Positions 1 through 9,141 of a stretch of 64,000 nucleotides of DNA are shown here, one piece after another. Position numbers and translations under genes: made by a program. The notes beneath the pieces were generated by a model. It ran no database searches. It had not been told where the DNA came from and saw only the letters and a program-made list of their open reading frames with translations. Position 1 is the stretch's first letter. The number at the start of each line of letters is the position of its first letter. This DNA comes from a virus. The DNA lies in IMG/VR virus record IMGVR_UViG_3300033143_003851, positions 9,904 to 73,903 of that record, one strand, 5' to 3'.

Positions 1-825
1 GAAGACTTAGTATTTAGAAGCGACAGACGAATTAAACTATATGCTACAAACGTAACTGGTAGAGAATCTGCTATAGTTAATAGGGGCAGAATAGCCGACA
101 GACAAACTGTAAGAATATATTTTAAAGTAGACAGTGAAAACGCAAACTGCACATTTGATATAGGAGAAGCAAGCGGTTCCCTTAACAATATTCAAACAAG
201 AATTAGTAGTGGAATGATTCAAATATATGATGGTAACGGAGCTGCGTGGATTGATATATATCAAATTACAGCCACCACAAAAGACAACTGGTTCAAGTTA
301 GATATAGAATTAGATTATAATAGAGGAGCCAGAGTATATTATGAAATATTAAATACAACAACTAGTGGCTCATCTGATTGGTATAGATACACATTTTCAT
401 TTACTGAGCTTAAGACAATTAAAATTGCAGCAGATGGAAACAACTCTAATGCCACCACATTATATGTTGGAGATGTGTCCCTCTTTGGAGGAGACACATC
501 AGGGAGCACTAAGACATATGTTCATTTAGCTGACACAAGCACCATTACATATACAACTTCTAATTATGTATTTAAATATATGTCAGAAAGAGGGGTGGCA
601 GACTTTGTGTGGGTTAATCCATATGTTGGTTTGAAACAGGGACACAAGGCAGATATAAGTATGCTGTATCAGAAAGGGGCAAACTATACTGTTACATATG
701 CTAAAGGTCATGGAGTTTGTTTAGTTAGGAGTTTGTTGTCTGACATTTCTCCTGACTCACCTATAAAGATGCGAGCAGGGGAAAAAACAGTTCTCACTCA
801 GGATATTCAACTAGTGTTTACTTAA
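1..825 (+). CDS. Partial (5'-truncated) beta-rich virion/tail-region protein
   Basis: Frame 1 is open from base 1 to TAA at 825, so the track start at 214 is internal. Thr/Ser/Gly beta-strand-rich; last plus-strand gene before the convergent minus-strand arm. Confidence 0.55.
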   Translation, partial: EDLVFRSDRRIKLYATNVTGRESAIVNRGRIADRQTVRIYFKVDSENANCTFDIGEASGSLNNIQTRISSGMIQIYDGNGAAWIDIYQITATTKDNWFKLDIELDYNRGARVYYEILNTTTSGSSDWYRYTFSFTELKTIKIAADGNNSNATTLYVGDVSLFGGDTSGSTKTYVHLADTSTITYTTSNYVFKYMSERGVADFVWVNPYVGLKQGHKADISMLYQKGANYTVTYAKGHGVCLVRSLLSDISPDSPIKMRAGEKTVLTQDIQLVFT

Positions 826-846
826 TTATATCACGTGATATGATAA

Positions 847-1023
847 TTACCCCAGTAACATTTTATTATGAGCAATATCTTTGTTTAGTTTTTGTCGTTG
901 TTTAGTTTGAAAGGCTAGTTGCTTTTTTAATCTACACCTATTACAACACCTATAATAGCCTTCTCCATCTGGTTCAGATAAAAACTCTATATTACAATCA
1001 TCGCATTTCACTCTAGCTGGCAT
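847..1023 (-). CDS. 58-aa Zn-finger microprotein (not in ORF track)
   Basis: Manual translation MPARVKCDDCNIEF...YYRCCNRCRLKK; GAGGGA RBS-like sequence upstream. Confidence 0.6.
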   Translation of the reverse strand: MPARVKCDDCNIEFLSEPDGEGYYRCCNRCRLKKQLAFQTKQRQKLNKDIAHNKMLLG

Positions 1024-1059
1024 AGTGTTTTATCCCTCACAAATATATAGTTTATTTTT

Positions 1060-1647
1060 TCAGTATCTAAATCCAATTCCAACTCTCCCTAAACTCTCAG
1101 CAACTTTCATAACAACTCCAGTCTTGTCGAAGGGGTCAACCACAATATCTCCCTTACTAGTTGTGCACCTAATAATATTTGCCACTAACCCCTCTGGCAG
1201 ATGTGGGATACTATTAACTGTGGCACTAGCATGCCCCCTAAATGAGTTTGACAAATTAATATTCACGAAAAAATATCTGTTAGGGCTCTTAGCAAACCAC
1301 CACACAGGTTCCCCTACACACCTAAACTTCCTATCGCTTGTGGCACCTAAGAATAGCTTGTCCCAATGAATAATATCTATAAGATGCATATCTGTCAACT
1401 CAGATGCCCCAACCCCTGACCTAGTAATCCTATGATGGTAAAACATGTGCCCAGTTGGAGCAAGCCATGTTTCAACATCTTTAAGAAACTGAGTTTGCTT
1501 GGCAATATATATTGCCTCAAGGTCATCTAGTTTTTTCTTGCCTGGCACAGTGTGAGGGGGCGTTGTGATAAATAGATCAACATGCCCTGGTTTATATCCT
1601 GCCTCATTTAACCAAACATCGAAATAATAGCCATCTGTTTGTGGCAT
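1060..1647 (-). CDS. Degenerate beta-class N4C/N6A DNA methyltransferase homologue
   Basis: Motif IV-like VDLFITTPPH precedes motif X/I-like HLPEGLVANIIRCTTSKGDIVVDPFDKTG...LGRVGIG; both motifs deviate from consensus. Confidence 0.65.
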   Translation of the reverse strand: MPQTDGYYFDVWLNEAGYKPGHVDLFITTPPHTVPGKKKLDDLEAIYIAKQTQFLKDVETWLAPTGHMFYHHRITRSGVGASELTDMHLIDIIHWDKLFLGATSDRKFRCVGEPVWWFAKSPNRYFFVNINLSNSFRGHASATVNSIPHLPEGLVANIIRCTTSKGDIVVDPFDKTGVVMKVAESLGRVGIGFRY

Positions 1648-1883
1648 GAATCTACCTCTTTAATTACTTCTTTAGCCTTTTTAGAGCTACCAATCTCTGT
1701 AATATTAGCTACATCTAAACAGAAAAACACATCCCCATACAGATACAGTACAGAGTCAATTACTTGGAATCGCTCAATACTATTTATCTCAATATAAAAT
1801 TCATCTTCCCCACAAGAAATATAAAAATTAAAATCCTCATTCATAATATGTCTCATAGCTCTGTATACAGCACTTGGTTGCAT
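1608..1883 (-). CDS. Hypothetical protein
   Basis: ORF in tightly packed minus-strand operon. Confidence 0.5.
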   Translation of the reverse strand: MQPSAVYRAMRHIMNEDFNFYISCGEDEFYIEINSIERFQVIDSVLYLYGDVFFCLDVANITEIGSSKKAKEVIKEVDSCHKQMAIISMFG

Positions 1884-1885
1884 AT

Positions 1886-2086
1886 TTATTTTCCCCTCCG
1901 TTTTCTTTCGTATGCTAACTCCTCAGCATTATTTGGCACTCGCCTAGGTCTAACTCTTGGCCTAAAAACCTCAGGTTGAGTGGGCTCATCACTCAACCCA
2001 CAGCCAGTACACAGCGTATAAAAAATACAATGTCTTATTAATACTCCGTGTCCGCATCTTCTACATATTGTTCCTACTAATGTCAT
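1886..2086 (-). CDS. Zn-ribbon microprotein with basic tail
   Basis: CRRCG...CTGCG. Confidence 0.6.
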   Translation of the reverse strand: MTLVGTICRRCGHGVLIRHCIFYTLCTGCGLSDEPTQPEVFRPRVRPRRVPNNAEELAYERKRRGK

Positions 2087-2734
2087 TTATACCACCCAAT
2101 CCTTTGATCTAATAGTAATATGTCCTTTAATAGTTTTTAACCTAACCCCTACAGATACGTTACTCATAACATGAAGCAACACATCATCACAGGATCTCAA
2201 CTCATCTGTCATGTCTAAAAAATATTTATGGAGCAACCTTTGTTCTGCTATATCTGTCATCCTAACTCCGTTTGACACTATAGAACCAAGCGGACTTAAA
2301 ATATAATGAATAACTCTGTAGCTATAGTCCTGATATATTTTATATACTGTTTTGGTGTCCTTGATAGCCTCTGCTTGAAGGTTCATCCTAATATCAATAT
2401 TTTTCTTGGCCTCTGGTAGAAACGCATTAGTATATGGAGCAACATCCATAGGGCACCTATCTAACACCACAACTCTGTTCTCCTCTGTTGCCTGCTCCGA
2501 CAAGAATAGGCAACTTAGAGCCCGCTTAGACTGTGCCCTAATCATGCCCCACTGAGACCCTGGGCTGGCATCTTTATTGATAGGCCAAGAATATTCTTTA
2601 TTTACATCACTAGATACTGAACTACCTCTGACAACCCCCCAACCGCTATTGTGCATCTCTTCACACAGGACATCAATGATAGTTGTTTTACCTGACCCAT
2701 GAACCCCGGAGAAGATAATACATAGTTTAGTCAT
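2087..2734 (-). CDS. P-loop nucleotide kinase-like protein (AAA_28 / dNMP kinase-like)
   Basis: Walker A GVHGSGKTT, VVVLDRCPMD (the DR motif of dNMP/TMP kinases), NGVR lid-like motif. Confidence 0.75.
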   Translation of the reverse strand: MTKLCIIFSGVHGSGKTTIIDVLCEEMHNSGWGVVRGSSVSSDVNKEYSWPINKDASPGSQWGMIRAQSKRALSCLFLSEQATEENRVVVLDRCPMDVAPYTNAFLPEAKKNIDIRMNLQAEAIKDTKTVYKIYQDYSYRVIHYILSPLGSIVSNGVRMTDIAEQRLLHKYFLDMTDELRSCDDVLLHVMSNVSVGVRLKTIKGHITIRSKDWVV

Positions 2735-2933
2735 TATCTTCTCCTACAAATATTGTTACAATCTCTTTAGTATCAACAATTACAGTCCCACTAACAGTTT
2801 CAAATAAAACAGATGCCATCCATATTGTGTGGTTATATGGGTGAATCTCTGCCACTTTCCCATCGCTTGTAGTAATCTCAAGAGGTAAACCAGCATATTT
2901 TTTTAAAAACCTAATTAAATCCTGCATGTTCAT
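2727..2933 (-). CDS. Hypothetical protein
   Basis: ORF with AGGAG RBS upstream; overlaps the next gene. Confidence 0.5.
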   Translation of the reverse strand: MNMQDLIRFLKKYAGLPLEITTSDGKVAEIHPYNHTIWMASVLFETVSGTVIVDTKEIVTIFVGEDND

Positions 2934-2972
2934 GTTGTATAGTCTCCTTTAAATTTTTTCTCAATATGAATA

Positions 2973-3167
2973 TTATAAACCACAACTACCGCCCCTACAG
3001 TATGGATCATAGATACAATTGTGGTCCGTTAGACACATGCAACAGAGCCACGCATCACAATGCACACATAAATATAGTTTTATATTTTTTATATTACATT
3101 TTTCACAAGCTAACATTAACAATACCTCCTTATTATCCATGTAGCAGGACATGTTTGACATCGCCAT
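2973..3167 (-). CDS. B-box/AN1-like Zn-finger microprotein
   Basis: CEKC...CVHC...LCCMCLTDHNC. Confidence 0.55.
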   Translation of the reverse strand: MAMSNMSCYMDNKEVLLMLACEKCNIKNIKLYLCVHCDAWLCCMCLTDHNCIYDPYCRGGSCGL

Positions 3168-3212
3168 ACTCCATCATATCCTTTACTCATCTCTTCAGTA
3201 CAACCAGGACAA

Positions 3213-3956
3213 TTAAGCATATATAGACCACGCATATTTAATATTGTTTTTTGTTAACCTATCGCACGCCTCTACAAATATCTTCATATCAATCTCTGTG
3301 CCTATAAAATTTCTACCAAGCTTGGCACAAACCACAGGGGTTGTTCCTACCCCCATAAAGGGGTCATAGACCGTCGCTCCTGGATATGTGTATAAGGATA
3401 CCAACCAATCAATTAAGCGCTCGGGAAATGCACTAAACTTACCATATTCTGAATCCCCACAAATTTGCCACACATTTCCTGTCAGTTTTGCCTGCCTGAT
3501 TGCTTCAATATCTAATTTTTCTACTTTTGTTTGATATGGTTTGCCCTTAGAATACATGATGATAGATTCCCACAACCAATAAGGGTAGTAAAATGTTGAA
3601 TACGGAGTCTTCAACATTGTGTTAGGCCACCCCCCTACACCTACTGGCTTTTTCCACACAATTTTATTTACAAACTGCATACGATAGTCATGTAAAAACT
3701 CGCTGGTAATAGCATCGTTGTCAAGGTGTTTAGTATTACCTATATTAATAATCATCGTGCCCCCGTCTTTAAGTGCCCTTAAACACTGTTTCCACACAGG
3801 AAATAAAAATTTCTCATGGGCCTCATCAGTTGCCCAATCTGGTCCCCACCTTTTAACGCCTGGATATGGTGGGCTTGTTATTACATAGTCTAATGACTTA
3901 GTTGGTATTGCACATGCAAACTCTAGTGCGTCTCCTAACACCATATCAATTGTCAT
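3213..3956 (-). CDS. Beta-class DNA methyltransferase, probably N4-cytosine
   Basis: ITSPPY (motif IV), IVWKK, AFPERL, YDPFMGVGTT (motif I), GRNFIGTEI. Confidence 0.9.
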   Translation of the reverse strand: MTIDMVLGDALEFACAIPTKSLDYVITSPPYPGVKRWGPDWATDEAHEKFLFPVWKQCLRALKDGGTMIINIGNTKHLDNDAITSEFLHDYRMQFVNKIVWKKPVGVGGWPNTMLKTPYSTFYYPYWLWESIIMYSKGKPYQTKVEKLDIEAIRQAKLTGNVWQICGDSEYGKFSAFPERLIDWLVSLYTYPGATVYDPFMGVGTTPVVCAKLGRNFIGTEIDMKIFVEACDRLTKNNIKYAWSIYA

Positions 3957-3957
3957 A

Positions 3958-4311
3958 CTATGACATCCTAGGAACCTTCAGTGCGTGCCAGTTATCTACA
4001 GTAGCAATATAATGCTGGAACCAATATTCTAGCATTCGGTGTGTTGTTGTAGCCTTTCTCCACGCCCGACTAAAGGCAACACATCGACCAAACCACTTAT
4101 TGTACTCATCATCTGGGTGAACCTTCGAGACGCCAACAAAAACACACATCATATCTGGTGTGCTCATTTTAATCGTGCATTTAATCATGCTCTTATAATC
4201 AGATTCGAACTGCACATCTCCATAATGGTTTCTTATAAAGGAAACCATTGATTTGGTTTCCTTTTTGGTCATTATTAGTTCTGTGCCAGTCTTATTTTTT
4301 ATTTCTTTCAT
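3958..4311 (-). CDS. Hypothetical phage protein
   Basis: GVSKVHPDDEYNKWFGRCVAFSRA resembles a common phage motif (G.a.C.p.D.f....G..iA..RA). Confidence 0.55.
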   Translation of the reverse strand: MKEIKNKTGTELIMTKKETKSMVSFIRNHYGDVQFESDYKSMIKCTIKMSTPDMMCVFVGVSKVHPDDEYNKWFGRCVAFSRAWRKATTTHRMLEYWFQHYIATVDNWHALKVPRMS

Positions 4312-4322
4312 ACTTTAACACC

Positions 4323-4712
4323 TTAACACGGTCTATATGTCGTTTTAAGTGTCCACATATTAGACAATTTTTCTCCAACTTTAACCTTAGAACAATCACA
4401 ATCACTACACCAAAAAAGACCAGGAGATTTATATATATCATATAGTTTTTCTCTTTCTCTATCCCATCCAACCACACTATATTTTCCAAGTATGATCTTA
4501 GTTTTTCCTTCATTAGCTTTAATGACAATATCATATGAAGTAGTTAAATACACAGTTTCATTATACCAGTCTACTAGTTCTTTGTGGCAGTTTTTATGTA
4601 TGTGTCTAACAAAGGTCATATTGTCTCCATCAAATTCAATATAGCTTATTTCTTTTATTTCTTTATTATCAATAGTAACTTCTATAGAAGATCCATCCAG
4701 TAGTTGTTTCAT
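4323..4712 (-). CDS. Hypothetical protein
   Basis: ATGA overlap with the deaminase gene. Confidence 0.5.
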   Translation of the reverse strand: MKQLLDGSSIEVTIDNKEIKEISYIEFDGDNMTFVRHIHKNCHKELVDWYNETVYLTTSYDIVIKANEGKTKIILGKYSVVGWDREREKLYDIYKSPGLFWCSDCDCSKVKVGEKLSNMWTLKTTYRPC

Positions 4713-5191
4713 GTCAGCACCTTATCTGGAATCACTGTAAAGGTAATTTGATTCATCCATGTTTTAGGAATTGGTGGTTCACACTCATATGGTATATCGT
4801 TAAGCCCACTAATAAACATTGTTGTAACACCAGCATATATCAGGTGTTTCATACACCCTGCACATGGCAAGCTAACCCCATTCTGTCCATATAAATACAA
4901 GGTGGAGTCCCTGATTCCACCACCATGCATAAGTGCAACCATCTCAGCATGGATACAACTAATCTCTAAGTTAGTTCCTGAGGAAATGTTTTTTCGTAAA
5001 CATCTCCTACCGCCACACCTACCAGCTAAAGAGATAGGGGACCTATTCCAACCACTCACTATTCCCCCTGTCGGTAATTTAATAACTGCCCCCCACTTAG
5101 ACCTACAACATGGAGACATATTACTTGTTTTCTTTGCTAGCTTCATCAGGTCTATGTGTATCTTTTTTAACTTCAGTTCCACTACCTCCAA
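4709..5191 (-). CDS. dCMP deaminase family protein
   Basis: SPCCRSKWGAV, GWN, CIHAE and PCAGC zinc-binding motifs. Confidence 0.88.
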   Translation of the reverse strand: MEVVELKLKKIHIDLMKLAKKTSNMSPCCRSKWGAVIKLPTGGIVSGWNRSPISLAGRCGGRRCLRKNISSGTNLEISCIHAEMVALMHGGGIRDSTLYLYGQNGVSLPCAGCMKHLIYAGVTTMFISGLNDIPYECEPPIPKTWMNQITFTVIPDKVLT

Positions 5192-5726
5192 TTTTTGTAT
5201 ATATTTGCCTTAAAATTTTCCACATAGCGTCATTACTAAACCCACAGGACTTTTTCTCTGGGCAAAATCCCCTATATAAACACTCTGGAACACACACCAT
5301 CCATAACTCAGGATCAATTTTCTCCAACTTCTCTAACATAAGATCCCAAGCATGTCTAGTTTCGCCAGCTGCCCTGCCACACATCCGTTTCCTTGATATA
5401 TTAATAATAGCTTGTGCGTTAATAACACACGAAGCTGTGATGAGGGCATCTTGATCTTTTTTACCTCGGTTGCTATCAGGTCGTTGACTATGGATAAACC
5501 ACTCTACACCAATCTTGTGCCTAACGAAGTGGACATGGACCCAATAAGGCATATCTGTCCAAACACAAATATATGTTAGTGCTCTAATAGGACTATGCTC
5601 GGCCATCAGCACACCGTACTTAAAATCCTTGCTAGGTTCTTTGTGGGTCATCTTTTTCCCAGCAGTAGCTCTAGCTAGACCAAGTGCAGTGCTCCAACCT
5701 GTAAGTTGTTCTATTTCACATTTCAA
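5121..5726 (-). CDS. thyX: Flavin-dependent thymidylate synthase (ThyX-like)
   Basis: AEHSPI, FVRHxxxxxxxxSQR, SRKRMC...ET, and VPECLYRGFCPE..SCG C-terminal motifs. Confidence 0.78.
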   Translation of the reverse strand: MKCEIEQLTGWSTALGLARATAGKKMTHKEPSKDFKYGVLMAEHSPIRALTYICVWTDMPYWVHVHFVRHKIGVEWFIHSQRPDSNRGKKDQDALITASCVINAQAIINISRKRMCGRAAGETRHAWDLMLEKLEKIDPELWMVCVPECLYRGFCPEKKSCGFSNDAMWKILRQIYTKIGGSGTEVKKDTHRPDEASKENK

Positions 5727-5911
5727 TTATAAGACCTGACCCATGTTACAAACTCTTTCCATGTTCTGTGTGTATCTCTATCCCAATCAACAGAGCATTC
5801 CTTACATATACTAAGCGTGCTCACAGAGTTGTATGCTCCTTTAGTTTCTTTAGTTGGAACAACAATAGTATAGTATGCATCAAACTTGCCACGACACACA
5901 TAACAAACCAT
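5723..5911 (-). CDS. Zn-finger microprotein
   Basis: MVCYVC...ICKEC; AGGAGGT RBS supports the ATG at 5911. Confidence 0.55.
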   Translation of the reverse strand: MVCYVCRGKFDAYYTIVVPTKETKGAYNSVSTLSICKECSVDWDRDTHRTWKEFVTWVRSYN

Positions 5912-6077
5912 TAGGCTAACCTCCTTCTGATCCAATCCTTAAGTGTGTGGACAACACCACTATGGTCATCTATATAGTTTTCTTTGCATGAAACCGTGCA
6001 GAACCGATACTGTCTAAACCTATGTGGGAACCACATAAAGTTTCTACTACATGTTTTACATTCCATATTTCTGTCTC

Positions 6078-8225
6078 CTAATAATCAAATATGCTTTTCT
6101 GTTTCCCGTGTATTACGTCTTTTAAATCAAGTCTCTTAACTGCCCCATCAATAATACTAGCATAGTACTTAGTGTCGATTTCATATATAGTCTTTTCGTT
6201 TCTCTCAACAACAGGCCCAGTGGCCCTAAATATTAGCTTGTCATCAGGGTGGATTAACTTTGGGGCTTTCCCCTTGCTCATCACAAACTCATACTGTTCT
6301 CCATCAGTTGGTTGGATGCCATATGTTTCCTTCACCTGCCCAATTATCTGCATGCTTTGACAATTTTTTGACTTATACTGGTCAGGGGACTTTACTCTAA
6401 TCCTCATAGCTAGGTCCATAATCCCCATCGCCACATAAAACCGCTTGTAATTATAATATAGTTCCCTAAGCTTTTCATTGTCCTGCTTGAACCTAAAAAT
6501 AATTGCACTGTCCCTGAAATTGTCATACATGCTTGGCAACTTGCTGGCTCTGATACTGACACCTTTATATTTGAATTTGTTACCCCCTTGCCACAATATA
6601 TAATTTTTGCCCTTGGTGTCTCTAAAGTATGCCCCATCATACTTATCGGTCTTCATGGTCATTGTGTTTTCGTTGAGTAGTTGAAACTGGTCTATGAACT
6701 TGTTAATTAAACACTGTATTATAGTGTTAGGAAACTTACTGGTTGTATAAAAACCATCTGTATCTACAGCTATAACTGTTTTAAACAAGTTGTATCTTAA
6801 TATGTCTTTTTTAACTATATATTCTTTATATATGTTGTTAAAGAACTCATTATATAAACTAGTTGATACACCTTGTTCTATAGACTCTAGTCCACCCATA
6901 ACCCACTTAATAATTTCCCTGCCAATCCCAACGATGCTGACATATTGGCACAAGTCTGCATACTTAGCCCACTGCATGCCCATGTATCCAGTAATAGCAT
7001 TAAGAATAATCTTGATGCCCCCTTCTTGAGCGTGCAATTTTTGATATTCAGCTGAGTTTTCATCAAGTTTTGCCTTTTTAGCTTTAAGATCTACTCGAAT
7101 TTTATATAAAGCTCTAAAGTATTTTGGGATTCCACCCTCAACTTTCTGATCTATATCTATAACCCAAGTCTTATAACACCTCTCGTCTGGAATATGTAAC
7201 CTTAAAACATCGTCACCTTTAATATATTCAGAACTAAACTTATCTGTGTATGGTTCAAACCTAACAAACCTAGTTGTCTCAATTGATATATTAAATGTCA
7301 TCACAATATTAGGATACATACTGGCAAAGTCTGAGTGATATATAGGGTCAAGGTAGTATCCTGGTTTCATAGTATCTGTGAGAGCTGCCCTTATATTGTG
7401 GGCAATGTCTGGACCATACTTATCTATGTTAGTTTCTTTAAATGTGTAAATATCTTCTCCTAAATTCTCCCATATTGTTCTACATAGCTTGTTAGCAGGG
7501 TATGAACTGCTCATATATATATACTTTTCTACTGGGATGTCCAGCATGTTTCCAACCGTAATCCAGTTTCTAAAGTATGTATTAAAAAGCACAACGCTGG
7601 CATCAATATCATTTCTAAGATATGATTTTAGTTTTTCGGACCCCAACATATTTCTCATTTTCATATATTGGTTTCTATCTAGGTCCCAATATTCCCCGCT
7701 GGGGTTGAGGTGCTTCGCTACTGTTTTAAGTTTCCTATCTTTAAGATTAAATAGTCGCTGGTCCTTTGCTGACCCCTGAATGAAACTATCAAATATCAAC
7801 CGTTGTCCTAGTCGTATCTTAGGGATTTCCTGACGCCTACCCATAAGATATACAACCTCTTTAACATCTGGATCAATGTTAAAATCCTGAGTTGGGTCTT
7901 TAATAACCACCAGCTGAGTAGGATCTATATTATTTGTTTTAAGCCTACTAATAATATATGGTAAATCAAAACCCATAACAAAATAACCATGTAATATCTG
8001 GATACCGCCCTGTGGTATCTTGACATCGTCTGGTAAATCACTAACCTCATATCCAATCTGGATGATAGTGTTTCTTTCTGGGGTAGGAAATGTGCCATTT
8101 GTGTCAACTTCAATATCAAAATGAATTACTTTGTTCCAGTTTATAGGATCATTTATAAGCTTAATAAAATCCTCTAATATTTTTTTATCTGATTTAAAAT
8201 TTTCCGCTTCAAATATTTCCACCAC
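6078..8225 (-). CDS. polB: Family B DNA polymerase with 3'-5' exonuclease and C-terminal PIP box
   Basis: ExoI FDIEV, ExoII GYFVMGFDLPY, ExoIII YLRND, PolA DFASMYP, PolB KIILNAITGY, PolC VDTDG, C-terminal QKSIFDY. Confidence 0.95.
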   Translation of the reverse strand: MVEIFEAENFKSDKKILEDFIKLINDPINWNKVIHFDIEVDTNGTFPTPERNTIIQIGYEVSDLPDDVKIPQGGIQILHGYFVMGFDLPYIISRLKTNNIDPTQLVVIKDPTQDFNIDPDVKEVVYLMGRRQEIPKIRLGQRLIFDSFIQGSAKDQRLFNLKDRKLKTVAKHLNPSGEYWDLDRNQYMKMRNMLGSEKLKSYLRNDIDASVVLFNTYFRNWITVGNMLDIPVEKYIYMSSSYPANKLCRTIWENLGEDIYTFKETNIDKYGPDIAHNIRAALTDTMKPGYYLDPIYHSDFASMYPNIVMTFNISIETTRFVRFEPYTDKFSSEYIKGDDVLRLHIPDERCYKTWVIDIDQKVEGGIPKYFRALYKIRVDLKAKKAKLDENSAEYQKLHAQEGGIKIILNAITGYMGMQWAKYADLCQYVSIVGIGREIIKWVMGGLESIEQGVSTSLYNEFFNNIYKEYIVKKDILRYNLFKTVIAVDTDGFYTTSKFPNTIIQCLINKFIDQFQLLNENTMTMKTDKYDGAYFRDTKGKNYILWQGGNKFKYKGVSIRASKLPSMYDNFRDSAIIFRFKQDNEKLRELYYNYKRFYVAMGIMDLAMRIRVKSPDQYKSKNCQSMQIIGQVKETYGIQPTDGEQYEFVMSKGKAPKLIHPDDKLIFRATGPVVERNEKTIYEIDTKYYASIIDGAVKRLDLKDVIHGKQKSIFDY

Positions 8226-8235
8226 GCCACCGCCA

Positions 8236-8306
8236 TAGGCTGTGCAGGATTCGAACCTGCGCTGCCAGATCCAAAGTCTAGCGAACTACCATTATTCTAA
8301 CAGCCC
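8236..8306 (-). tRNA. tRNA-Gln(UUG), CCA not encoded
   Basis: Cloverleaf: GGGCTGT/ACAGCCT acceptor, CTAGA-CTTTGGA-TCTGG anticodon arm, GCAGG-TTCGAAT-CCTGC T arm. Confidence 0.9.
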
Positions 8307-8569
8307 CAAAATTTCACAACTTTAGCAATATCTCTTTTACGAGGATCAGATGATTTACTTAAAAAAGATATAGTCTCCATGTCTTTTTTCATTTTGTCTG
8401 TTAATCCACCACTAATAAAACTAAAATGTCTAGCTGTACTAAGTGTGGTGCCTCCTATTTCGCCAGTTAATATGTTTCTAAACGTTACATGTCCATAGTT
8501 TCCATCTGGTATAATCTCTATAATCTCCCAATATTGGCCGTTCTCTACTGTAATTAATCCAATGCTTAT
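8297..8569 (-). CDS. 90-aa hypothetical protein, probable AUA start (not in ORF track)
   Basis: Open frame (M)SIGLITVENGQYWEIIEII...LTDKMKKD fills the gap exactly; the ATA overlaps the upstream TAA (ATAA); weak similarity to 22348..22626. Confidence 0.55.
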   Translation of the reverse strand: MSIGLITVENGQYWEIIEIIPDGNYGHVTFRNILTGEIGGTTLSTARHFSFISGGLTDKMKKDMETISFLSKSSDPRKRDIAKVVKFWGC

Positions 8570-9141
8570 TGTAGCATCTTTGCTATCATTATTTTTAAAT
8601 ATGTAAGATACGTCTGGTATGTAACTCCCCCCTTTATAACAAAAGATGGGTGAAATGTCGGCATAACATTTCCCCTGTAGTCAAGTCCTCTAATATTTAC
8701 TGCTTCTTCATATCTGCCCGCAAGCTCTGTCATGCTTTTACCGTATAGTAATACTCTTTTTGTAGGTGTTGTGCCTAGCAACACAATACAGACTGGTTTA
8801 ATTAGTTGAGTTTCCATAATAAGATATCGTATGCATGCTTCAATTTCTTTTGATCTGGGTTTTCTATTATTAGGTGGGTTGCACTTAACAACGCTTGTGT
8901 GGTATGTATGAACATTTTCTATTAACCCAATATTTTTAATAGCCTTAGATAACAGTGCCTTAGATAAGCCACTAATGTTTGGGGCACCTGAAACAAACAT
9001 AATAGTTGGTCTATGTATATTACCTACAGGCAGTATTGGTGTTGTGTTATATCTAAGGGGACAATCCTCACATGATAATATCCTATCACACATCACCTGA
9101 TGTTTCATCTTCGACCTCCATAATAGTTGCGCTAGCAGCAT
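8566..9141 (-). CDS. Uracil-DNA glycosylase family 4-like protein (4Fe-4S)
   Basis: CEDCPL, VVKCNPPNNRKP..EIEAC, IVLLG, PTFHPS; motif A is altered (SGAPN). Confidence 0.85.
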   Translation of the reverse strand: MLLAQLLWRSKMKHQVMCDRILSCEDCPLRYNTTPILPVGNIHRPTIMFVSGAPNISGLSKALLSKAIKNIGLIENVHTYHTSVVKCNPPNNRKPRSKEIEACIRYLIMETQLIKPVCIVLLGTTPTKRVLLYGKSMTELAGRYEEAVNIRGLDYRGNVMPTFHPSFVIKGGVTYQTYLTYLKIMIAKMLQ

